A stretch of DNA of 64,000 bases from an uncultured delta proteobacterium (GTDB lineage: Bacteria > Myxococcota_A > UBA9160 > SZUA-336), in assembly GCA_963704165.1 (NCBI GenBank), contig CAVPHD010000007.1, forward strand, positions 151,150 through 215,149, in the 5' to 3' direction. A program made the translations under genes and the position numbers. Below the pieces are notes generated by a model. The model had not been told where the DNA came from. It made no database searches and saw nothing but the letters and a program-made list of their open reading frames with translations. Position 1 is the first letter of the stretch, and each line of letters starts with the position of its first letter. Positions 19,643 to 28,371 of this stretch are shown in pieces.

Positions 19643-20995
19643 ATGACGATGGATTCCGAGACGCGAAAGCTGCTCGAAGAGGCCTGGTCGACGCCACTCT
19701 TCGAGTCGATCTTCACCCGACGCTCGCGGCGCTTCGGATTGGGCATGGAGATCCGGCACGGGCCCAATGCGTTCAAGTCGCAGGCCGAGCCGCTCCCCCT
19801 CTCGTTCGAGGAGGAAGCGCTGCTCTGCATGGCGGCGACGGGGATGTCCGGCATGAACCTCGCCGACATGCCCCACACGCGGAAGGAAGAGCTCGCTCCG
19901 GGAGAGGTCTGGGACGGCAACTGCAACACGATGCTCGAATACTCGGGCCGGACGTTCCCGAGCCCCTGCGGATCGCACGCCACGGAGCTCTTCTACGCCA
20001 ACGACGAGGGCACCTACGTCGTCAAGATCCGCGGCACGCACCCCGAGCGGATGCAGGAAATCTCACGGATGGACGATCTCGAGAAGCTCGTCGCGGTCTT
20101 CTCCGATCGGCGCGTGCAGATCTCGAGCGAGCGGATCGATCTGCCGCACTCCTCGCCGGCCTTCATGTCGTTCAACACCTGGAATGCGAACCAGCCGGGC
20201 ACGACGCTCTTCATGCCGGTCTGTGACGTCACCGAGGAGCTGATCAACGGGCTCATGCTCTTCCTCGAGCAAGGGAACTACCCCGTCGACATCGAGGACG
20301 GCATGAAGCCGCTCGGTTGCGAGAAGTGGGTGAAGCAGGGGCTGGCGACGATCCCGGTGCCGTACCAGAGCCTCGAGCCGCTCGTCGCCTTCGGCGCGTC
20401 GAGCGTCGAGGTCGGCTTCATGTCGCAGAATCTGCTGCTCGCCGAGACGGCGCTCGGCCTGGGCGGTTGGCCGTTCGGCGGTTTCAACGCGATGATGGCG
20501 CTGGGTGGCACACCTTTGTGTCGCGGTCTCGGTTTCCGCTTCGAGACGGCGGAGCACGGACCGCTCGCGGGGTTTCCATATCCGATCGGGAAGGACGGCG
20601 TATTCGAGACCCACCATCCCTACTACTTCAACGGATCGATCGACGACGCCGTCGATGACGTGATCGAGCGGAAGTGGGGCTCGGCTGGGATCTTCCATCC
20701 CTCGAACGCGGAGAACGCGCCGTACAAGAAGCCGGGGCAGATGGAGGTCGCCATCCCGCGCACGGATCCGGCGATCGTGCAGTGCACGAAGGACATCCTG
20801 AACGCGGTCTGGCGCAAGTGGGGGCGCTTTCCGGCGTTCGCCGACCCGTGCCTGCTGACGGTGATGGTGCAGGCGCAGCATCTCGACTGCGATTTCTACG
20901 ACGCCTACTACCGCGACGGCGCCTACACCGAACGGCATCGCCGACACCTCGAGCGCTGGCACTCGAAGTCGCGTCGCGCGCTGCGAGCCGCCTGA
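19643..20995 (+). CDS. Large nitroreductase-fold / SagB-like FMN oxidoreductase of unknown function
   Basis: RRSRRF, RTFPSP and SQNLLL...LGLGGWPFGG resemble nitroreductase/SagB FMN-binding motifs; RBS AGGAGG. Confidence 0.6.
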   Translation: MTMDSETRKLLEEAWSTPLFESIFTRRSRRFGLGMEIRHGPNAFKSQAEPLPLSFEEEALLCMAATGMSGMNLADMPHTRKEELAPGEVWDGNCNTMLEYSGRTFPSPCGSHATELFYANDEGTYVVKIRGTHPERMQEISRMDDLEKLVAVFSDRRVQISSERIDLPHSSPAFMSFNTWNANQPGTTLFMPVCDVTEELINGLMLFLEQGNYPVDIEDGMKPLGCEKWVKQGLATIPVPYQSLEPLVAFGASSVEVGFMSQNLLLAETALGLGGWPFGGFNAMMALGGTPLCRGLGFRFETAEHGPLAGFPYPIGKDGVFETHHPYYFNGSIDDAVDDVIERKWGSAGIFHPSNAENAPYKKPGQMEVAIPRTDPAIVQCTKDILNAVWRKWGRFPAFADPCLLTVMVQAQHLDCDFYDAYYRDGAYTERHRRHLERWHSKSRRALRAA

Positions 20996-20996
20996 G

Positions 20997-21227
20997 ATGA
21001 AAGTCGAGTCGCAAGCGGGCCGCTTCATTCTCTCGTTCGACAAGATGGAGCCGGGCGAGGGCGAGATCATCATCAGCGGAAAGATGGGCGTGTGGGATGC
21101 GCGCACCCACATGACGCTCGGCGAGTTCACGCGACTCCTGGGGATGACGCTGCGGCCGAGGATGCTCGCCTTCCTCGTGCGCGCGGTTCTCGGCTTCGGT
21201 GGCGGCAAGGCCTCCCGAACGGGCTGA
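20997..21227 (+). CDS. Small hypothetical protein
   Basis: Starts 1 nt after the previous stop; 76 aa. Confidence 0.6.
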   Translation: MKVESQAGRFILSFDKMEPGEGEIIISGKMGVWDARTHMTLGEFTRLLGMTLRPRMLAFLVRAVLGFGGGKASRTG

Positions 21228-21462
21228 CGGGGCCGCTGGGCGACGGGATCCGAGCTGGCATCCGGGTGCCGACCGGAGTGATCCGATGTGCAATAGTGCC
21301 CGGCGCCGTGCGGGCTCTTCCGCTCGCCGGGTAGGGACGTAAAGTGACGATTCGATGATCTGGCTGAGGCACCTTGGCACGGCGTTGTGCTCATCGGTCA
21401 GCTCCAAGGTCGGCGACGGCAGGCCCTCTGCTGGCCCGTCGCTTGCACACCGGCCGGGCGGA

Positions 21463-22910
21463 ATGTCGTCAGGTGACGCCGGGATCCGTGCATCGCTAGA
21501 GCTACGTGCGGCTTCGCGCCGCTGGCTCGCCCTGTCGCTCGTCGTGCTCGTGCTCGCGGGACTGTTCGCGCTTGCAGTCGTCGTCGGCCGCATGCCGCCC
21601 TTCGATCGCTTCGTGACCGACCCCGTCTTCTTCAAGCGCTGTCTGATCGCTCACGTCAACATGGCGCTCGTCGCGTGGTTCTACTCGATCACGGCCGCGC
21701 TCTTCTTCCTGCTCCCATCGCAGGGCCGAGCGGGCTGGCTCGCCCGGCACTCGGTCCACGTCGCTGGGTTGGGAATCGGGATGCAGCTGGCCGGCGCGGG
21801 GGTCCCCGGCGCGGCTCCCTTGCTCTCGAACTACATTCCGACGCTCGATCACTGGGTCTTCCAGTCCGGTCAGCTGGTCTTCGGGCTCGGCGTCCTGCTG
21901 AGCTTCGTGGACCGCCGATTCCTTCCCGGTGCCGAGCCGCTCGTCGTCGTGCCGCTGCCGCCCGGCGTGGTCAGCGGTCTTCGCGCAACGCGCGCGGCAC
22001 TCCTGCTCGCCGCGCTCACGTTCGGCTTCACCTGGTTGCGGGCGCCGAGTGGTCTCGAACCGGCCGTGTACGCGGATCTGCTCGTGTGGGGACTCGGGCA
22101 CGTTCTTCAGCTCGTGTGCGCGCTCGCGATGATCTCGCTCTGGCTCTGGCTGCTCGAGACCGTTCTCGGCGAGGCGCCCGTGAGCGCGCTCGCGTCGCGC
22201 TGGCTCTTTGCGGCGCTGGTTCTGCCGTGGTCGTTCGCGCCCGTGTTCGCGCTCGCGGGCACGAGCAGCATGGCGTACCAGGTCGGCTTCACCGAGCTCA
22301 TGCGTTGGTGCATCGTTCCGGTCGTCGCGATCTTTCTGATCTTGTCCCTTTCCAAGGTGGTGCGGCGTGGCGCGCAGGCCGGATCTCCGCCGCGTCGCTT
22401 TCGGACCCACATCTTTCGGCTATCCTCGTCAGCGGGTTCCTGACTGTGCTCGGATTCGGGCTCGGCGCGGCAATCCGCGGGCAGAGCACGATGGTCCCAG
22501 CTCACTATCACGCCTCGGTCGGAGCGATCACGGTTTCGTTCATGGCGGGAAGCTACCTGTTGCTTCCGGTGCTCGGTCTGAAGCTTCCCGAAGGGTGGTT
22601 GCGCCGCGTGAGAGCTTGGCAACCCACCGTCTACGGAACTGGAATGCTCGTGCTCGCCGGTGGCTTCGCGCTCGCGGGCGCGCACGGGATGGGGCGCAAG
22701 ATCTACGGAGCCGAGCAGGCCGCGCGCGGCACGGCAGAGACGCTGGGTCTGGGAATGATGGGTATCGGAGGCTTCGCCTCGATCGCGGGGGGAATCATGT
22801 TCCTCGCCGTCGTCGGCGTCGCTTGGATGAGTCGTGTCGGAGTCGGGTCGGCGTCGGAAAAGCTGGCCGCGTCGAGGAGGTTGGACTATGGCGCCGAAGG
22901 ACCCGGGTGA
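21463..22910 (+). CDS. Degenerate heme-copper oxidase subunit I-like membrane protein (frameshift near 22360)
   Basis: About 12 hydrophobic segments with AHVN, WGLGHVLQ and PAHYH, echoing the subunit I His motifs. Confidence 0.7.
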
Positions 22911-23043
22911 CATCCACCCGATTCAGAAACTCATGGACAATCCGTGGCTGCTGCTTTTTCTCGGGGTGCTCATCCCGACCGTCTCATTCACCCTCTGGGC
23001 GTGGTACGAGCTGTACGTACTGCCGCACGCAACACTGCCCTGA
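22888..23043 (+). CDS. Small single-TM subunit (subunit IIa-like)
   Basis: 51 aa, QKLMDNPWLLLFLG, immediately before the CuA subunit. Confidence 0.7.
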   Translation: MAPKDPGDIHPIQKLMDNPWLLLFLGVLIPTVSFTLWAWYELYVLPHATLP

Positions 23044-23058
23044 GCGAGGACTGACACC

Positions 23059-23586
23059 ATGAGTATCCATCCGCCCGCGGCAGGCTGGTTCAAGGCACCC
23101 CACGGAGCCGAGCGGCTCTGGATCGGGCTCGCGATGTGTTGGTGCTTGATCATGTCGATCGCGATGCCGTACTGGCACTTCTACGGCAAGCAGAACAGCA
23201 CGGGCGAGGCCTACCGGGTCGCGCCCGGGGACTTCGCGCAGCGCGTGCAGCGCTTCGTTTCCACCAATCAAGTGGGCGAGCTGAACGGTGTTCCCATCGT
23301 GCAGCCGGCGCCCGGCGGGGACGCGTATCTGCAGGCCCAGATGTGGTCCTGGTTTCCGGTCCTGAAGCTCAAGAAGGGGCAGACCTACCGGGTGCACGTC
23401 TCGTCGATCGACCTGCAGCATGGCTTCTCGCTTCACCCACTGAACATGAACTTCCAGGTCCTTCCGGGCTACGACCACGTGCTCACCCTGACTCCGACGA
23501 GCTCGGGGGAGTTCACGATCATCTGCAACGAGTTCTGCGGCATTGGCCACCACGCGATGGCCGGGCGCATCCTCGTCGAGGAGTAG
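23059..23586 (+). CDS. Heme-copper oxidase subunit II (single TM plus CuA domain)
   Basis: QHGFS...CNEFCGIGHHAM CuA motif. Confidence 0.93.
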   Translation: MSIHPPAAGWFKAPHGAERLWIGLAMCWCLIMSIAMPYWHFYGKQNSTGEAYRVAPGDFAQRVQRFVSTNQVGELNGVPIVQPAPGGDAYLQAQMWSWFPVLKLKKGQTYRVHVSSIDLQHGFSLHPLNMNFQVLPGYDHVLTLTPTSSGEFTIICNEFCGIGHHAMAGRILVEE

Positions 23587-23590
23587 AGTG

Positions 23591-25345
23591 ATGACGACCA
23601 CCACGATTGGCGCAGACGTGACTCTCGGCGAGACAGCCGGAAACCACCCGCGGGGGGAGGTGCGGGCCTGCGACACGACTGGCCTGCCGATCTGCCTGAC
23701 CGCGCAGCGCTTCATCAAGCTTCACGCGGTCGTCGCCGTCGTCTTTCTGCTGATCGGTGGCGTTGCCGCGATTCTGATCGGGCTCACTCGCTGGCCGGCC
23801 GTGCACCTTCTTCCCGCGGATTGGTACTACCGGCTGGTGACGCTCCACGGTCTGGACATGCTGATCGTGATGATCCTGAACTTCGAGATCGCGATTCTCT
23901 ATTTCGCGGGATCGTTCCTGCTGAACAGCCGGCTGTTCTCGAAGACGCTGTCGTGGATCACGTTCGCGCTGATGCTGATCGGCGCGGTGATGTGCAACGC
24001 GACGGTGCTGATGGGCAAGGCCGATGTCATGTACACGTCGTACGTACCGCTTCGCGCAGACCCGCAGTTCTATCTGGGATTGATCCTGTTCACCGTCGGG
24101 ACGCTGCTGGGCGTGATCAATTTCTTCGGCACGGTCTACATCGCCAAGCGCGACCACACCTACGAGGGCTCCGTGCCGCTCGTCACGTTCGGTGCGATTG
24201 CCGCGGCGATCATCGCGGTCGCTACGCTCCTGCACGCGGCCACGACGATGATCCCGACCTATCTGTGGTCGATCAACGTGCTCTCCTCGATCGACCCGGA
24301 GTGGTACCGCGTCACGTGGTGGGGACTCGGGCACATGAGCCAGCAGGTGAACGTCTGCGCGATGGTCTCGGTCTGGTATCTGCTCGGTACTCTCACGGTC
24401 GGCTCGAAGCCTCTGTCCGAGGCCGTCTGCAGGGGCGCGTTCCTGCTCTACATCCTGTTCATCAACCTCGCCTCGGCCCACCACGAGTTGGTCGATCCTG
24501 GCGTCAGCGCGAGCTGGAAGATCTGGAACACCTCGTACGCGATGTACCTCGCGGTGCTTGCGTCGATGATCCACGGCTTCACGGTCCCGGCGTCGATCGA
24601 GGTGGCGATGCGGGCGAAGGGCTTCAAGCGCGGTCTCTTCGGCTGGCTGGCCAACGCGCCGTGGTCCAACCCGGGCTTTTCGGGGTTCTTCCTGTCGCTG
24701 GTGATCTTCGGCTTCGGCGGCGGCATCACCGGAGTCACCCTCGGGACGCAGCAGATCAACATCATGGCGCACAACACGCTGCGCATCCCGGGCCACTTCC
24801 ACGTCACCGTCGTCGGGGGCACGGCGCTCGCGTTCATGGCGGTGACGTACTACGTCGTGCCGCTGGTCTTCCAACGTGAGTTCTACGCGAAGGCGTTGTG
24901 CCGTCTGCAGCCGTACCTCTTCGGGATCGGAATCACGACGATGGCGATCGGGATGTCGTTCGCCGGCTCCTACGGTGTTCCGCGCCGCCACTGGGACGTC
25001 GAGTTCAGCGGCTCGCCGTTCGCGCCCGGATTCGATTCCGGTGCGCACGTGATGCTCGGCCTGCTCGGCGTCGGCGCCGTCATCGCCTTCACGGCTGTGC
25101 TTCTCTTCGTCCTGCTCGTGGTCGCGGCCGTGTTCTTCGGCCGTTCGAATGCGGGCCGTCCGATGGAGCCCTGGCACGTCGAGCGTGGCGTGACCGCCGC
25201 GCCGAGGTCCTCGCACGGCGCGGGCGAGGAGGAAGACCACCGCACGCCGGGAACACTGGTGCTCGTGGGCGTGTTTCTGGCGTCGTTCGCGGTCTACTAC
25301 TTCGCGAACTGGCTCTGGCTCTCGGACGTCTGGCACGTTCGATGA
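23591..25345 (+). CDS. Heme-copper oxidase subunit I, B-family-derived; probable eNOR-type nitric oxide reductase
   Basis: Six His ligands (LHG, GHMSQQ, AHH, GHFH); Gln at His+4 where O2 reductases have the cross-linked Tyr. Confidence 0.82.
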   Translation: MTTTTIGADVTLGETAGNHPRGEVRACDTTGLPICLTAQRFIKLHAVVAVVFLLIGGVAAILIGLTRWPAVHLLPADWYYRLVTLHGLDMLIVMILNFEIAILYFAGSFLLNSRLFSKTLSWITFALMLIGAVMCNATVLMGKADVMYTSYVPLRADPQFYLGLILFTVGTLLGVINFFGTVYIAKRDHTYEGSVPLVTFGAIAAAIIAVATLLHAATTMIPTYLWSINVLSSIDPEWYRVTWWGLGHMSQQVNVCAMVSVWYLLGTLTVGSKPLSEAVCRGAFLLYILFINLASAHHELVDPGVSASWKIWNTSYAMYLAVLASMIHGFTVPASIEVAMRAKGFKRGLFGWLANAPWSNPGFSGFFLSLVIFGFGGGITGVTLGTQQINIMAHNTLRIPGHFHVTVVGGTALAFMAVTYYVVPLVFQREFYAKALCRLQPYLFGIGITTMAIGMSFAGSYGVPRRHWDVEFSGSPFAPGFDSGAHVMLGLLGVGAVIAFTAVLLFVLLVVAAVFFGRSNAGRPMEPWHVERGVTAAPRSSHGAGEEEDHRTPGTLVLVGVFLASFAVYYFANWLWLSDVWHVR

Positions 25346-26281
25346 CTCGCGCTGCTCAGAGTGGAAGAGCCGCTCGATTCTTCGACGGACGGCAGCTTTC
25401 CCGCATTTGCGCTCGGCGTCCTCGTGTTCTGGGAGATCCTGCTCCTGGCGATGCTGATCGCCCCGATCGGGCGAATCGGGTCTGCGGGGGTTCGCCGACG
25501 AGTTCCGCATCTGGTGCTTCGGGTACGACCCGTCGACCGGGCGCATGAATCCCGGATTGGTGATGGCGATGACGAGCCCGCCGATCGTGATCGGGTCCGG
25601 TGCTCGCGCTGGTCTGGTGGCAGCCGCTGCGGGAGCTGATGGTGCGCCGCCGCGGCTGGCTGCGGCCGTGCGTGGCGAGCGCGCTCACCGTCGCCATCGC
25701 CGCGTCGGGGCTCGTGGCGCTCGCTCGAGAGCCCGCCCGAGAGGATCTGCCCTTTCCAGCGGAGTCTCTGCGCACGGAGATACGCTCCCCCGAGCTGCGG
25801 CTCGTGAATCAGAACGGCGATACGGTCGATCTCGCCGAGCTGCGCGGAAATGTCGTGGTGCTCACGGCCATATACTCGTCGTGTCCGCTGAGCTGCCCAT
25901 TGATCCTCGGTCAGGCGAAGGCGGCGATCGCCGACGTCCCGGCGACGCTGCGCGGCGATCTGCAGGTGATCGCGGTCAGCATGGATCCCGAGCAGGATTC
26001 GCCCGAGGTACTCGCGGCGCTCGCTCGCCAGCACGCGGTCGAGGCTCCGGAGTACTCACTGGTCACGGGCGATCCGGTCGAAGTCGAGCGCATCCTCGAC
26101 GAGCTCGGGATCTCACGCACGCGGGATCCCGGAGACCGGAGTGATCGATCACGCGAATCTCTTCTTGCTCGTCGATCGCGCTGGCCGGATCGCCTACCGC
26201 CTCACGCTCGGCGAACGGCAACAGCGCTGGCTGACATCGGCGCTGGAGTTCCTGCTTCGTGAGGAGCCCGGTGGAGCGTGA
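25342..26281 (+). CDS. SCO1/SenC copper chaperone with N-terminal membrane region (several frameshifts)
   Basis: LVNQNG, YSSCPLSCP, VSMDPEQD, then IDHANLFLLVDR in the next frame. Confidence 0.85.
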
Positions 26282-28361
26282 TGCCATCGGCTTGGCCTCG
26301 GAGGTCGCCCATGGTGGCGAGGCCAAGGTCCGCGGCGAGGGTGTGCTGCGCGCACTCGAGCGACCGTTCCTCGCCTTCGATCGCGTGCTCTCTCGCGCGC
26401 TACCGGATGCGCTGAACCCGTTTCTCCAGACGGGGGCCGTGGCGGTGACGGCGACCCTCGTCGCCACGATCACCGGCGTGCTGCTGCTGTTCTGGTACCG
26501 GCCGAGCGTGCACCTGGCGTACTCCTCGGTGGCGGCGATGTCCGACTCCGCGTGGAGCGCGGGCCTGCTGCGCTCGCTGCATCGCTACAGCTCAGATGCC
26601 GCGCTCTTCTTCGCTCTCGTGCACGCTGCGCGGCTCTTCTTCGAGCGACGCTTCGCCGGTGCGCGCTGGGTTGCCTGGGTGACCGGAGTGGCCTCGCTCC
26701 TGGTGGTCTGGGTTCTCGGCTGGACCGGCTACTGGCTGGTCTGGGACGTGCGCGCGAAGTACGTCGCGGTAGAGACGGCGCGAGTTCTCGACGTGCTGCC
26801 GATTTTCGCCGATCCGATGGGGCGCTCGTTCCTCTTCGAGGAGGGAATCAACTCTCTCCTGTTCTTCGTCGTGTTCTTCTTCCACATGCTCGCCCCGCTG
26901 GCCCTCGCGTTCCTGCTCTGGCTGCATCTGACCCGAACCGCGCGCGCGCGCTTTCTCACGCGCCTGCCGATGACGATCTGGGTCGTCGGGACGCTCTCAC
27001 TGCTCTCTGTGGCGTATCCGGCGACGAACGCCGAGCCCGCTCGAATGACCGCACGCGCCGAGTCGTTCGGCATGGACTGGTGGTACCTGTTTCCGCTCGC
27101 GCTCGGGCAGCGGCTCTCGGGCGGCGCGATCTGGGCGGTCTGCCTGATGGGCGGAGCGCTCGCCGTCTCCGCGCCGTGGACGCTGCGCAAGCGCGTCGGC
27201 CGGAGCGCGAAGGTCGATCCTGCGCGCTGCAACGCCTGCGAGCAGTGTTACGTGGACTGTCCCTACGAGGCGATCTCGATGATCCCGCGCGAGAACCCCG
27301 AGAAACGGAAGAGGTACGCGCTCGAGGCGTTCGTAGATCCCGCGAAGTGCGTCTCGTGCGGGATCTGTGTCGCTTCGTGCAACTCGATCGGCACGGACCT
27401 TCCGGGATTCCCGCTTCGCGACCAGCGACAGCGCGTTTCGACCTGGCTCGACCAGGTGAAGGCGAGCGGCGAGAGTGCGGGTGTCGCGTTCGTCTGCGCG
27501 CAGTCGGCCGCAGCCGGGCTCGAGATCGAATCGGAGACGGGATTGTGCAGTGAGCTGCCCGGCTGGCGCGTTCTCGAGGTCCCTTGTGCCGGATGGGTGC
27601 ACTCGATGTCGATCGAACTCGCCTTGCGACGGGGAGCCAGGAAAGTCCTGATCGCGAGCTGTCCGCCCGGGTCGTGTCACTTCCGTGAAGGACCGGAATT
27701 CCTCGATCAGCACCTGGCGGGAACTCGGCCCCCGTCCATCCGCGAGAAGTACGTCCCCGGGGATGCCGTCGAGGTCGTCTGGTTCGGCCGCGGAAGCGAG
27801 CGAGAGCTCGTTCGCGCGGCGAGAGGCGCGCTCGCGGACGAGCGTCGGCCAGCGGCCGCGGTGCCCGGACGATCCCTTGCCGGCGTCGCATCGGTCGTCC
27901 TCGCGGTCGCCGTCAGCGCCATCATCGGTGTTGTCAGCGATTGGGGCTACGCCGCGCACGCGTCCCCGGGAGCGGAGCTCGTGGTCACGTTCAAGCACCC
28001 CGGAGAGCGAAGCGAAGTCTGCCGCGAGCGGACACCGGAAGAGCTCGAGCGACTCCCGCAGCACATGCGCGAGGCGAAGGTCTGCGAGCGGGCGCGTGCT
28101 CCCGTGCGTCTGCGTGTGAACGTCGACGGCGCACACCGGATCGCACAGACCTACGCTCCGAGCGGGATCTGGAGCGACGGCTCGAGCGTCGCGGTGGTAC
28201 CGTTGCGCGTCACGCCGGGGGTGCACGAGATCCGGGTCGAGATCGGAGATAGTCACGATCCCACGGAATGGACCCATGTCAGCGAGCAGACGCTCGAGTT
28301 CGACGAGAGCGTCCGGCGGGTGATCGCGTTCGATCGATCGTCCGGATTCAAGGTGCACTAG
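26271..28361 (+). CDS. Fusion of cytochrome b (PetB-like), 2x[4Fe-4S] ferredoxin, MvhD/FlpD-like [2Fe-2S] domain, TM helix and soluble C-terminal domain
   Basis: His pairs SLHRY..LVH and FFHM..WLH; CNACEQCYVDCP, CVSCGICVASC; FVC..VPCAG..SCPPGSCHFREG. Confidence 0.85.
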   Translation: MERDAIGLASEVAHGGEAKVRGEGVLRALERPFLAFDRVLSRALPDALNPFLQTGAVAVTATLVATITGVLLLFWYRPSVHLAYSSVAAMSDSAWSAGLLRSLHRYSSDAALFFALVHAARLFFERRFAGARWVAWVTGVASLLVVWVLGWTGYWLVWDVRAKYVAVETARVLDVLPIFADPMGRSFLFEEGINSLLFFVVFFFHMLAPLALAFLLWLHLTRTARARFLTRLPMTIWVVGTLSLLSVAYPATNAEPARMTARAESFGMDWWYLFPLALGQRLSGGAIWAVCLMGGALAVSAPWTLRKRVGRSAKVDPARCNACEQCYVDCPYEAISMIPRENPEKRKRYALEAFVDPAKCVSCGICVASCNSIGTDLPGFPLRDQRQRVSTWLDQVKASGESAGVAFVCAQSAAAGLEIESETGLCSELPGWRVLEVPCAGWVHSMSIELALRRGARKVLIASCPPGSCHFREGPEFLDQHLAGTRPPSIREKYVPGDAVEVVWFGRGSERELVRAARGALADERRPAAAVPGRSLAGVASVVLAVAVSAIIGVVSDWGYAAHASPGAELVVTFKHPGERSEVCRERTPEELERLPQHMREAKVCERARAPVRLRVNVDGAHRIAQTYAPSGIWSDGSSVAVVPLRVTPGVHEIRVEIGDSHDPTEWTHVSEQTLEFDESVRRVIAFDRSSGFKVH

Positions 28362-28371
28362 GAGAGAACCC

